A DNA stretch of 64,000 nt from Felis catus (lineage: Eukaryota), in contig NC_058373.1 in NCBI RefSeq assembly GCF_018350175.1, positions 116,190,001 through 116,254,000 of the forward strand. Reading direction: 5' to 3'. This document shows positions 13,331-26,392 of the stretch, piece by piece. The position numbers were made by a program, and so were the translations under genes. The number at the start of each line of letters is the position of its first letter. The first letter of the stretch is position 1. The notes under the pieces are model-generated. The model searched no databases. It was not told the origin of the DNA and saw nothing but the letters and a program-made list of their open reading frames with translations.

Positions 13331-13789
13331 TTTTAAAGATCAATGTAAACAAGATTTTGTTATGATGACTGAAACTGAAATTGTCGTAGTTTATAATTTA
13401 TATTTCCTAAAATGTTTAATTAGGAAAGTTATTGTATTATAAGTTAAATGCAAACATTTAACTAGGTAGTTTGCCTTTGCTAGCTGACTTTATTGAAAAT
13501 TAAGTTAAATTTTTTCCAACATTTTTTTAATGAGAATAAAAAAGTTGGAAGAATTATACCCACCACCTGGTTTCTATAATTTTTTTAATTATATGTCTAT
13601 GTATCCCTCTAGCTATTAAGACCTTGGTTTTGTTTTGTTTTATTTTATTTTTTTTTATTTTAGAGAACACAAGTGGGAGAGAGGGGCAGAAGGGGAGAGA
13701 GAGAGAGAGAATTATTAACCTTTTTTTTTTTTTAAGGGGGATGCTTGTGAAGTAACTTGCAGACATCAGTATAGATCACCCTGAAACAT

Positions 13790-14390
13790 TTCTGCACGCG
13801 TACCATCTGCTAGAGTTATGATAGGCACAGATCCTAAGTGAACTGTTGGATGAGTTTGAATGTTGATAAATGCACACACCTGTGTAGTGCAACACCATCG
13901 TGTTGTTGAACATTAATGTCACCCCAGGAACTTCCTGCTTGCCCTTCCCAGTCAACCCTCTCACCCTTATTCTCATTTTTTCCCTTGGTAGAGTAGTTTA
14001 TCTCATTCTAGAACTTCATTTTAATGAAGTCATGTAGCATATTTTTTGTGTAAGTCTTTCTCACTCAGCATAATGTTTTTGAGATTTATCCATATTGTAT
14101 ATATCAGTAACTTGTTCGCTCTCTTTTTTTTTTTTTAAGTTTATTATTTTTGAGAGAGGGAGGGAGAGAGAGAATTCTAAGCATGCTCTGCACTGACACA
14201 GCGCAGAGCCTGACAAGGGGCTTGAACACACGAACCATGAAATCATGACCTGGGTGGAGGAGATCAAGAGTAGGACCCTTAACCGACTAAGCCACCCAGG
14301 TGCCCCATTAACTTGCTCCTTTTTATTGATGAACAGTATTCCTTTGTATGAATATATTAAAGTTTGTTCATCTTTATCTAGTCTCCTGTA
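13790..14390 (-). mobile_element. Old L1M 3' fragment with nested CAN-SINE (14124-14306)
   Basis: tcactcagcataatgtttttgagatttatccat L1M motif. Confidence 0.7.
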
Positions 14391-16825
14391 GATAAGGACC
14401 TCTTTTGGCTTTATGTAAAAGGTATCACTCCAGCATGAGGGTAATTTTTATCGGGACTCAGAAGACATTGGAAAACTTCATTAAATATCAAAAACGTTTT
14501 CTCTCCCCAAATAAGAACATGTTTTAATTTAAAATACATTAATGATAATTGCATACCTTATTCTCTTAGTTCAGTTTTTGTAGTCTTGTACTTGTATTTG
14601 CTTAGTATTTAGATTTTCTCTGTGAATTCAATAGAATCTTTATGTATATAGATGTTTTTGCTAAATTCAAAATTATATATAAGTAAAAAGGAGAAAGTAA
14701 AAACCTCTTGTAATCCCATTCACCCAGTCAGTTGAACATTTTAGTAACCAGAGTGTATTTGGAGCTTATAAATATGTATTATGCTTTCTTAAAAAAATGG
14801 GCTCATAAAATTTGTACTGTTGTGAAGCCTTCTATTTTTGTTTGACTATAAATTGTGAATGTTTCCATGTAAGGAAAGAAAAGTAACAGTTTTAATAGCT
14901 CTGTAGTAGGTCCTAGTATAGATGTGTTACGGTGTATCTAATCGTTTTCCTGCTATTTTACAGGTTGTATTTTTTAGCTATTTAGAAAACACTAGGGTGA
15001 ATATTCTCGCAGTTAAATCTTTGTGCTAGCCTTTTGTATAAATCCCTAGAAGTAGACTTGGTGAATCAAGGGATATGCATATCTGTGTTTGATAATTGTT
15101 CAGTTTATGAGTGAATCCTTATATTGAGAGAGAGCATGAATGAGAGAATGATGGATAATAACGCAAGGTTCCTGAGAAGGCAAGATAACTGTGTGGTCTA
15201 AAGAGCACAGGCAGTAAGGGATCATCCTCAGAAAGGAGGGATGTGGGGAGAAGAAGTGATGAACAGTTGGTGGTCAAAGCTGAGGGAGATCTGTTTTTAT
15301 TTTGATGATAATCTTGAAGTGTGGAGTGTTTTCTGTTGGGAGTGAGGGGAAAGGTCAGGAGGGTATTCAGGGTTTAAGGAGGATTTCCAGAAGGTGAGAT
15401 GCTGTCCTAAGTTTTAGAGGGTGGGGAAGTGAACTGATGAGCAAGGGATGGTAGGGTTGCCAGGCAACTTTGAGGATGCCTTTGAAGTTGAGGAACATGA
15501 GTTCAGAGTGTTGCAGAGGAATGTTCAGGAGAGAAATTGGGGGTAAAATTTATTTAGAAGTTACCACCTTTGCATAGCTGTCACCTACAGTGGCTAACTC
15601 CAAGCCACAAGTAGACAAGATCTGGAGAGAAAGTATAATTCATTAAAAGGAAGGTGGTTCGGACAGAACTCCAAGGCCTAACAGCAGTTAAAATCAGTGA
15701 AGGAGACAAGAAGGCAAGAGGGAAACGGAAGAGAGGAACCTGTTACGCAAGCCAAAGAAAGAGAGTGTTTTGAAAAAGGAGAAAATGGTCAAAAATGCCA
15801 AATTGCCCTCTTAAAAGGATATACTAATTTTTCATCAACAGTGTTGAGAGTACCTCCCACCTCCGCTCAGCACTTTCCCAAACAGTGTTACTGTTGTAAA
15901 TTTCTTATTCAGTGGAATGTCATATAAAACCATTTCAGTAATACTCTGGTTTGATAATTGCTACAGTTTCCCTTGAAGTACTTTTTAATTCAAACTTGGT
16001 ACAAATTAAGGATGCTTACTGCACTAACATATATCACATAACATCTTTTATCTGATTTTTTTCTGTATTCTCACTTTCATAGCAGGCAGCTGATAAATAA
16101 GCAGAAATGCTTCCTTGAGAAGAGATCGGTTGCTTTTTTTCTGTTATTTGAGTTACATCAAATGGTTTTCCTGTGTCTCTGCATAACTGGGGAGTTCAGA
16201 GAGTTACTGTGTAGGTGGGCTATGACGCCCCGAGATACCCTGGAAGAGTAACAAGAATCGCATTGAGTAATGGAATGGGAAAGGGCAGATTACAATAAAT
16301 ATTTTCCTACTGCTCTTCGTTAATATAGAGGTGCATTTTGCTAAATCACAGTAAAATTAGTAGTTACTGATTCTGGTTCCTCTCCTTGGTTCCTGAAAAA
16401 GTTGGTGAAATGCTTTCTTTGGTAGGATTGTAAAACAGGTCAGACTTTTCTTACCTTCCTTTATCGCTAGAACCCGAGGGGTTGTATCTTTTTTAACTTG
16501 CACTGTTGGTGCCAGCTAGTGGAGACTAGCTTTGTGTTCTGTTATGTTGCTTTGTGTTATGATAAGAAAGAAAAAACCTAGGGAAAAGCAAGCCATTTCC
16601 GTTTGAGGTTTTTAGGGGCAAAAAAAAGTTCTCTTCCATAGAGCTTTGTACAAACCAAATAGAACCCTGAGTGCCAACTGCGCTGAGAATAGGCAGGAAG
16701 CTTAGTCACAGATTTGAGAAGCTTGAATTATGTATCTGGGTGTTTTCCTTTTCCTACCCCTCCTCACCCCCTGTGTGTTGTCTAGACATAAACTAAACAG
16801 ATTTAACCACTAAAGTGATCTTTAA

Positions 16826-17077
16826 AACTTTATATTTTGAAATAATTTTAGATTTACAGAAAAGTTACAAAAGTAGCCTAGAGTTTTTGTATACCCTTTG
16901 CCCAGCTCCCTCTAATATAAAATCTTACATAACCATGGTGCATTTATTAAAACAAAGAAAGTAACATTAATACAGTACTATTAACAAACTCTAGAATTTA
17001 TTTGGATTTCACTAGTTTTTCCACTAATGTTCCTATTCTGTTTCAGGATCCAATCCAGGATACTTAATTGCATTTAG
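16826..17077 (-). mobile_element. L1MC-type 3' end fragment
   Basis: tttgaaataattttagatttacagaaaagtt...caggatccaatccagga motifs. Confidence 0.7.
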
Positions 17078-17825
17078 TATCATCATCTTTAATATGGGTT
17101 TTTTACTGCTTTCCCTTACCATGCTGGGAGTCTATTTTTTAAGGAATTTACAATTCATAACAACTTATCAAATTGTATAAGAACAATTAGTAGAAGATTT
17201 TATGTCTGGGACCGATACATTTGAAATGGACAAAAGAGGAGTGTATCCTAAATGATTTTTGAATCTTGCATTGACCATTAGCCTATGTTAGGCTATTTTA
17301 AAGTTAAGATGTTTCAAATATGAAAAATTATATGAAATGAAATAATCCTAAAGACAAAAAAGACATCAGATATCATTCATGCAGAATGGATGACGGTCCA
17401 TTCCTATATAATGCTGTTTTTCCTAATTTATAAATTAGAGCCCATGAGATAAATTCATACCCAGGTTACAAGGTATAAATATGACTAATTCCTTATGTGT
17501 CATACAGTGTTCAGGAATTGGAAGGAGGATGCAAATATTTACTGGAAGGCTTTATGCAAAGGATAATTCTTTATTTAAAACGTTTACAACATGCTGGGCA
17601 CTGTGGTAGGTTTTATGGGGGGGGACCTTTATAAGTTTTGTTATTTGAGTTGGAACAGTGTTTCTCATAATCTTCCCACCAGGCAAATACATTTTTGTTT
17701 GGGGGAAGAAACTGTTCTTTAAAAGAAAATATGTTCTTAAATGTAGTGATTTGTTCAGCTACCAAGTACTTTATTATAACATATCCAATATATTAAGTCT
17801 TTCTCAGTGAATTATTATTTACAAA

Positions 17826-18858
17826 TTTTTTTAAATATTTATTTATTTTTGAGAGGTGGGGAGGGGCAGAGAGAGAGAGAGAGGGAGACACAGAATCCAA
17901 AGCAGGCTCCAGGCTCTGAGCTGTCAGCACAGAGCCTGATGTGGGGCTTGCACTCATGAACCATGAAAACATGACCTAGGCCGAAGTCGGAAGCTTAACT
18001 GACTGAGCTGCCCAGGTGCCCCAGTGAATTACATTTTTAACTTCTCACAGTATCATTTATGCATATTACTGTCTCTCAATAAGTATCTGGAATGGTTAAA
18101 CGAAAGGATATAAAAAGAAATAAAAACCCAAATGGGGTGCCTGGGTGACTCAGTTGGTTAAGCGTCTGACTCTTGGTTTCAGCTCAGGTCATGATCTCAT
18201 GGTTTCTGAGTTCGAGCCCTGCATAGGGTTCCATGCTGGGAACCTGCTTGGGATTTTCTCTCTCCCTCTCTCTCTGTGCACCCCCCCGCCCCACTCATGC
18301 TCTCTCTCTGAAAATAAATAAACTTAAAAAAAAAAAACCCAAATAAACCAGTTATCATTTGTACTATTTCATTTATGCCACACCATACATCGCAGATGAA
18401 GCACTGCACATCATTTCCACAAGCATCACAGACCTTTAAGACAGAGCCCTAGTGAACTTTGCAAGGGAATAAAGAGAGCTTTTGGGTGCATTTTAGTAAG
18501 GAAATCCCCAACTTAAAGATTTTGAAAAAGTGAGAATAAATTTAGCTGATCTAAAAATATTATGCTGTATTATCAAAAAGTCTTACTTTTTTCCAGTCCC
18601 TGTGCCACAGGAATATTAAAAGATGCAGTATTGAGGGGCGCCTGGGTGGCTCAGTCGGTTGAGCGGCCGACTTCGGCTCAGGTCATGATCTCGTGGTCCG
18701 TGAGTTCGAGCCCCGCGTCGGGCTCTGTGCTGACAGCTCAGAGCCTGGAGCCCGTTTCAGATTCTGTGTCTCCCTCTCTCTGACCCTCCCCCATTCATGC
18801 TCTGTCTCTCTCTGTCTCAAAAATAAATAAACATTAAAAAAAAAAATTAAAAAAAAAA
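17826..18858. mobile_element. Three CAN-SINEs (- 17826-18022; + 18134-18337; + young 18635-18858)
   Basis: SINE consensus; the last keeps many CpGs and has an aaagatgcagtattg TSD. Confidence 0.9.
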
Positions 18859-19409
18859 GATGCAGTATTGTGCTATGGAAGAATAAGTGTAATTTTTTAA
18901 TATGAAGGATTTTCACATGAACAAGGAAGTTGGAAGAATAATACATGATCTCTGCTTAGATTTGAAGATATGAACCTTTTAAAAGATCATATTTGCTGTA
19001 GCTATGTACTGATGTAAGATATATATCTGCACATACACACGTTGATATACACATTCTGTCTTGCACATACACGCACACATGTATATCTGATTCATCATGA
19101 CACCTCACCTCTAAGTGCTTCAGGCTTCACCCTCATAATTGTAACACCTTTATCACATTGAATATGATTAATAATTCTCTTATATCTCACACCTAGTTTA
19201 TATTTAAATTTCCCTAGTTATCCCCAAAATATCATTTATAGCTAGTTTTTCCAAGCCAGGGATCCAGTTAGGGTTTAATCATTTCTCCATCCAACTGACT
19301 TTTTAAAAAGTCTGGGCTAATTATAGAATGTTCTATGTTATGGATTTGTCTAATTGTGGTGTCATGTTTTTTTTCCTGTCTAGTCTCTGTAGTTTCTGTA
19401 AAGTACATA

Positions 19410-19602
19410 TTTTTTAATGTTTGTTTATTTTTGAGAGAGTGCGAGCGGGGGAGGGGCAGAGAGAGAGGGCCGTACAGAGGATCTGAAGCAGGCTCCCCAC
19501 TGACAGCACAAAGCCTGATGTGAGTCTGGAACTCACAAACCGTGAGGTCATGACTTGAGCTGAAGTCAGACGCTCAACAGACTGAGTGACCCAGGGTGCC
19601 CC
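19410..19602 (-). mobile_element. CAN-SINE
   Basis: Consensus; ctgtagtt(t/c)ctgtaaa TSD. Confidence 0.88.
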
Positions 19603-21149
19603 TGTAGTTCCTGTAAATTTAAACTTTATTTTATTGTCCCAAGTTAGAGTTTCTAGAATTTACATATTTCAGCATGATATTTAACATGAGTAGTGTTGTA
19701 TTGCAAATTTTCTTTCATTGTTGCTTTGCCTTTGATTTGGGAATCTTTCATATTTACTGACAGATTTTACTGCCATAATTTTTGTTCATATCATTATGCA
19801 GTGTCATTGTTACTCAGGCTCTCATTATGTGTCTTTTGGCTTTCTTCCTTATTAAAGACATACCTGTGTGTCTTTAAGGAGTAAGGAAAAGAAGGAAATA
19901 AGGAAAGTCAAAGTAATTGTAAAATCACAGAATGCACCACATAGTTCTTCCCACTATTTTGGCATCCGGCTTTCAACTAATTATAACTTTATGTATTTTT
20001 GCTTACTAATAGGTTGAGGAGAATTAGAATTAGCCATTATCAAGCTGTGTCCCCAGTACTCTGCTCATTCTGAGTCACTGCTCATCTCTTCTTCTCCTGG
20101 AGCAAAAGGCGTATCACAGCATGGGCTGGAGTGAGGCCAACATATCTCTGCCTTTTATTTAATTTTTATAGGAAGTTATTGAGCAGCTTTGGGAGATTAT
20201 TGGAAAGTCTTTTTATGTTTCTTAGTGGTATGCGTCTTGATGCTCCACTCGAGAATTGCTGGCCTGGAGCACAGGACACAGGCTTGGGGCAGAGCTGTCA
20301 CTGCCTTTCTGCAACCCCAAACCCACCGTCTGATAATTGGGAATTAACTTGCTTGAGGTCCTGTTTTGCGTCATACGAATAAATCGGTACCCGGGGGGAG
20401 ATTCTGGACATGTGTATTTTGAAAAGCAACTTCCCCTAAATGTACCAACAGAAAAGCCCATAGGTGATTCTGTTAGACACCTCAGGCTAACAGACGCTAG
20501 CTTGGGAGGTATTAGTCTCTGATTTGCGAATGTCTGAAAATACCTTATTGTTTCCTGATGAGGTTGTTGGTTTAGGTCATCTGCATTTTTCAGCAGGGAA
20601 TAAATTACTGAATAATTTTGATTCGGGCTGTAGTGGGAACTTTTATACTACTGATAATACCAGTAGTAAGTACTGGTATGTAAGATAGCACTTTTTACTC
20701 AGTGTGAAATATTCCTCGAGCATTTCACCCTCCAGTTAAAAAAAACACTATTAGACTTTTATCATGAAAATAATATTATCTGTAGAAACTGTATGAGTAT
20801 CTACAGTCTGTAATAAAAACATGTTCTAAAGTAAAAGACCAGAATAAGAACAAACAGTACTGTGGTGCACATTTGTGTGTGTAAGATCTTATTTGTGGGA
20901 GTATATAGCATGAGTTTCTAGAAAAGAAATTGCTAGGTCAGAGTTTACATATTTAAAATCCACCTAGTTGTTGCCAAACTACACCTCAAAAAAGCGATAC
21001 CATTTTATATTTTCACCTTTGTGAGAGGATGTGTTTGCCTCTGTTCCCATCAACATTGGTTATTACAAATCTTTTTCAGTGTAATAGTGTAAAATGGTGT
21101 CTTGTTTTAATTTGTGTTTTCTTAATAAGTTCTTTGAGTATTTTTTCTT

Positions 21150-22172
21150 AAAATTTTTTTAATGTTTATTTATTAAAAAAAATTTTTTTAACGTTTATTT
21201 ATTTTTGAGACAGAGAGAGACAGAGCATGAACGGGGGAGGGTCAGAGAGAGAGGGAGACACAGAATCTGAAACAGGCTCCAGGCTCTGAGCCATCAGCAC
21301 AGAGCCTGATGCGGGGCTGGAACTCACGGACTGTGAGATCATGACCTGAGCTGAGTCGGACGCTCAACCGACTGAGCCACCCAGGCACCCCAATGTTTGT
21401 TTATTTTTGAGAGAGACAGAAAGCATGAGAGGCAGAGGGGCAGAGAGAGAAGGAGACACAGAATCTGAAACGGGCTCCAGGCTCTGAGCTGTCAGCACAG
21501 AGCCCAACATGGGGCGTGAACTCACGGAGTGCAGGATCATGACCTGAGCCAAAGTCAGCGGCTTAACTGAGCCACCCAGGCGCCCCACCAGTATCTTTTC
21601 ATATGCTTGGTAGACATTTATATTTTTTAATTGCTTTTTATATGCTTTATCTTTTTCTGAAAGTCAGTCATGTTGTTGTGCTTAGTGATTTCTGAGAGAC
21701 TTTTTACGTATAAAAATTAGTTTTGTGGGGCACCTGGGTGGTTCAGTCGGTTGGGTGTCTGACTTCTGCTCAGGTCATGATCTCATGGTTCATAGATTCA
21801 AGCCCTGCGTCGGGTTCTGTGCTGACAGTTCAGATCCTGGAGCCTGCTTCAGATTCTGTCTCTTCCTCTCTCTGCCCCTCCCCTGCTTGTGCTCTGTCTC
21901 TCTCTCAAAAATGAATAAACATTAAAAAAAATTTTTTTTTAAATTAGCTTTGTCGTATATTAAATCTGCCTACTTTGTCTTTTAACTTTATGTTTGGGTT
22001 TTTGAACATATAAATTTAACATTTTTAGTAGTCATGTTCACTAGTTTTCTTCATGCTTATGAAGATCTTCCCCGTAAAAGGTTTGTTAAAAAGAAAAAAT
22101 CATGTTTTTATTTAACTTTTAAATTGGGAATAAATATGCATAGTTAGATTCTCTCTCTCTCTCTCTCTCTCT

Positions 22173-22213
<41 letters not shown>

Positions 22214-22431
22214 CTAAAAGCTGATGGGGTGCCTGGGTGGCCCAATTGGTTGAGCGTCCAACTCTTGATTTTGGCTCAGGTCATGATCTCGTGGTTTGTG
22301 AGTTCAAACCCCGCATTAGGCTCCGTACTGGCATTGTGGAGCCTGCTTGGGATTCTCTCTCTCTCCCTATCTCTGTGCCCCTCCTGTGCAGCCTCTTTCT
22401 CTCTCAAAATAAATAAATTAAAAAAAAAAAA
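21150..22431. mobile_element. CAN-SINE cluster (- 21150-21391 in the tail of - 21392-21586; + 21727-21930; + 22226-22431) plus (CT)n(CA)n microsatellite 22150-22210
   Basis: SINE consensus; microsatellite read directly. Confidence 0.88.
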
Positions 22432-22632
22432 GGTGGTTAAAAAATTGCCCTTTTTTACCTTCCCACCATCTTCCCAGTTTTGTACCTGCACTTCCTGTAA
22501 GAAACCACTGTGACTCTCACCACAACCTACAGATTCAGATTCCTCCACCACAATATTCTATATATTGTTCTTCACACTTAATACATATTAAACATACATG
22601 CATCAGAACCAAAAGGGCTTCTTCAGTTTGGG

Positions 22633-25600
22633 TGTTTTGTTTTGTTTTGTTTTGTTTTGTTTTGTTTTGTTTTGTTTTGAGATATACTTGACATATAGCA
22701 TATTAGTTTCAGGTATAGGACATGGTTCAATATTTGTATATAGTGAGATGATTACAAGTCTAGTTAACATCTGTCACCATGCATAGTTAGATTTGTGTGT
22801 GTGTGTGTGTGAGTGTGAGTGATGGAATCTTTTAAGATTTATTCTCTTAGAAACTTCCAGATATCAATACTGTATTATTAACTGTAGTCACCATACTGTA
22901 TATTATATCCCCATGACTTAATTATAAATGTTTATTTGTTTATTTTGAGAGAGAGTGGGAGAGAGAGAATCCTATGCAGGCTCCACGCTGGAAGCTCAGA
23001 GCCCATCACGGGGGTTGATTTCACAAACCGTGAGATCATGACCTGAGCCAAAATCAAGAGTTGGGTAACCACCAGAGCCACCCAGGCACCTCCCCCCTCC
23101 CCACTTATTTATAATTGGAAGTTTTTACCTTTTGACTCTGTTTCTTCATTTTGTCTGTCACCACCACCACCCCACTCACCTCTGGTAATCACCAGTTTTC
23201 TCTGTTTCAAGGTCAGTTGTTTTTTTTTCAGTTTCCACACATAAGGGAGATCATATGGTATTTTTTTTTTCCTTCTAATTTAATTCACTTACCATATATA
23301 ATGCCCTCAAGGTCCATCCATGTTGTGGCATATAGCAAGATTTCCTTCTTTTTTATAGTTCAGTAATACTGTGTGTGTGTGTGTGTGTGTATACACACAC
23401 ACAGTATATATCAGTTCATCAATTTCTTTATCCATTCATCCATTGATGGACACTTAGATTGTTTCCATGTCTTGGCTATTGTAAATAATGCTGCGATGAA
23501 TGAGGGGTGCCTGTATTTTTCAAAGTAGTGCTTTGTTTCCTTTGGATACCCAGAAGTAGAATTGCTACATTATATGTTCTATTTTTAATTTTTTGGGGAA
23601 CCTCTGTACTGTTTTCCATAGTGGCTGTACCAGTTTACATTCCCATTAACAGTGCACAAGAGTTCCCTTTTTTCCCACATCCTTGCAACACTTGTTATTT
23701 CCTGTCTTTTTGATAATAATTTTAACAGGTATGAGGTGATATCTCCTTATGGGTTAGATTTGCATTTCCCTGATTGTAATGTTGAGCACCTTTTCATGTA
23801 CCTATTGGCTATCTTTATGTCTTTGAAAAAATGTCTATTGAGATCCTCCACCCATTTAAAAAAAATATTTATTTTTAAGAGAGAGAAAGAGGGCCAGAGA
23901 GAGAGGGAGACACAGAATCCAAAATAGGCTCCAGGCTCTGTGCTGAGCTGTCAGCCCAGAGCCAACGCGGGGCTTGCATCCGTGAACCGTGAGATCATGA
24001 CCTGAGCTGAAGTCGGACACTTAACCAGCTGAGCCACCCAAGCGCCCCACTCCACCCATTTTTCAACTGGATTAGTTTTTTGATATTAAGTTGTAAGAGT
24101 TCTCTATATATTTTGGATATTACCCCCTTATCGAATATAGGATTTGCAAGTATTGTCTCCCATTCAGGAGGTTGCCTTTTCATTTAATTGATGGTTTCCT
24201 TTGTTGTACAGAGTTTTTTAGTTTGATGTGGTTTCACTTGTTTATTTTTGCTTTTGTTGCTCTTGCCTTATGGTGTCAACCCCCTAAAAAACCTTGCAAG
24301 GACTAATGTCAGGGAGCTTACTTCCTGTGTTTTCTTTTAGGAGTTTTATGGTTTCAGGTCTTAGATTTAAGTCTTTAATCCATTTTGAGTTTACTTTTTG
24401 TATGGTGTAAGATAGTAGCCAAGTTTGATTCTTTTGCATGTGATTGTCCAGTTTTCTGAAAACCATGTATTGAAGAAACTGTCCTTTTCCCATTATGTAT
24501 TTTGGCTCTTTTGTTGTAAGTTAATTGACCATGTATGTGTCAGTGTATTTCTGGGCTCCTTGTCCCACTGATCTTTGTTTCTGTTTTTATGCCAATACCA
24601 TACTGTTTTAATTACTATAGCTTTGTAATGTAGTTTGGAACCAGGGAGCGTGATGCCTCCAGCTTTGTTCTTCCTTTTCATGATTGCTTTGGCTTTTTGG
24701 AGTCTTTTGTGGTCCCATGTAAATTTTAGGATTGTTGTTAGATTTCTGTGAAAATTACATTGAAATTTTGATAGAGATTGCATTGAGTCTTTAATTGCTT
24801 TAGGTAGTATGGACATTTGAACAATATTAACTATTTAAAACATGAGCATTTTATCCATTTGTGGTTTGCCTCCAGTTTCTTTCATCAGTGTTTAATAGTT
24901 TTCAGTGTACAGGTCTTTTACCTCCTTGGTTAAATTTCTTCTTAGGTATTTGATTATTTTTGATGCAATTGTAAATGGGATTGTTTTCTTAATTTCTCTG
25001 ATAGTTTGTTATTGTGTATAAAAGCACGACAGATTTTTGTATACTGATTTTTAATCCTCAACTTACTGAATTCGTTTATTTGTTCCAACAGTTTTTTGGT
25101 GTTTTGGCTTAAACTGTCTTTGGGGTTTTCTTTATTATTATTTTTTAAGTTTTTATTATTTTTTTTTTTAATTTTTTTTCAACGTTTATTTATTTTTGGG
25201 ACAGAGAGAGACAGAGCATGAACGGGGGAGGGGCAGAGAGAGAGGGAGACACAGAATCGGAAACAGGCTCCAGGCTCTGAGCCACCATCAGCCCAGAGCC
25301 TGACGCGGGGCTCAAACTCACAGACCGCGAGATCGTGACCTGGCTGAAGTCGGACGCTTAACCGACTGCGCCACCCAGGCGCCCCCCATGTTTTTAAATT
25401 TATTCAAGTGATCTCTGCACCCCACGTGGGACTTGAATGAGATCAAGAGTCACATGCTCTTCCAGCTGAGCCAGCCAGGAGCCCCTGGGTTTTCTAAATA
25501 TACTATGTCATCTGCAAATGGTGAGTTATACTTCTTCCATTCCAATTTGGATGACTTTTATTTCTTTTTCTTTCTTTTTTTTAAATTTATTTTTTTAATT

Positions 25601-26392
25601 TATTTTTGAGACACAGAGCATGCGCAGGAGAGGGGCAGAGAGAGGGAGACACAGAATCCGAAGCAGCTCCAGGCTCTGAGCTGTCAGCACAGAGCCTGAC
25701 GCGGGCTCGAACTCACGGATTGTGAGATCATGACCTGAGCTGAAATTGGATGCTCAACCGACTGAGCCACCCAGGTGCCCCATTGCTCTGGCTAGGACTT
25801 GAATAAAAGTGGCAAGAGTGGGCATCCTAGCCTTGTTTCTGATCTTAGAGGAGAAGCTTTCAGCTTTTCACTGGTAAGTCTGGTACTAACTGTGGGTTTC
25901 TTACATAAGGCCTTTGTTATGTTCAGGTATGTTCCTTCTATACCCACTTTATTGAGAGTTTTATAAACGGATGTTGACTTTGGTCAGATACTCTTTCTGC
26001 CTCTATTGAGCTGATCATATATGATTTTTATCCTTCATTTTGGTAATGGGGTCTGTCACATTGATTTGCAGGTGTTAAACCATTCTCGCATCCCTGGAAT
26101 AAATCCTACTTGATCATAGTGTTGGATTCTTTTAATGTGATTGAATTTTGTTCGTTAATATCTTGTTAAGGATTTTTACCTGCATTCATCTGGGATATTG
26201 GTCTGCAGTTTTCTTGTGGTGTCCTTGTCTGGTTTTGGCAACAGGGCAATGCTGGCCTCATAAAATGAATTTGGAGCTGTTCCTTCTTTTTCTGTTGTTT
26301 GGAAGAGTTTGAGAAAGATTGTTATTAATTCTTCTTCAAATGTTTGGTAGAATTCAGTGAAGCAGTCTGGTCTTGGATTTTTGTTTGTTGGG
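22633..26392 (-). mobile_element. 5'-truncated L1 (carnivore/L1MA9-like), ORF2 remnants, several nested SINEs
   Basis: ORF-track peptides match L1 ORF2 (MSILPKAI...[33 protein letters not shown]...[15 protein letters not shown]); frameshifted; (GTTTT)n poly-A relic at 22633-22678. Confidence 0.92.

Noticed and set aside
20657..20679. 9-bp stem ataccagta/tactggtat
   Set aside because: Isolated short stem, compatible with chance in 64 kb
23367..23406. (TG)n-TATA-(CA)n inverted repeat
   Set aside because: Microsatellite expansion inside an L1 3' region, a common pattern
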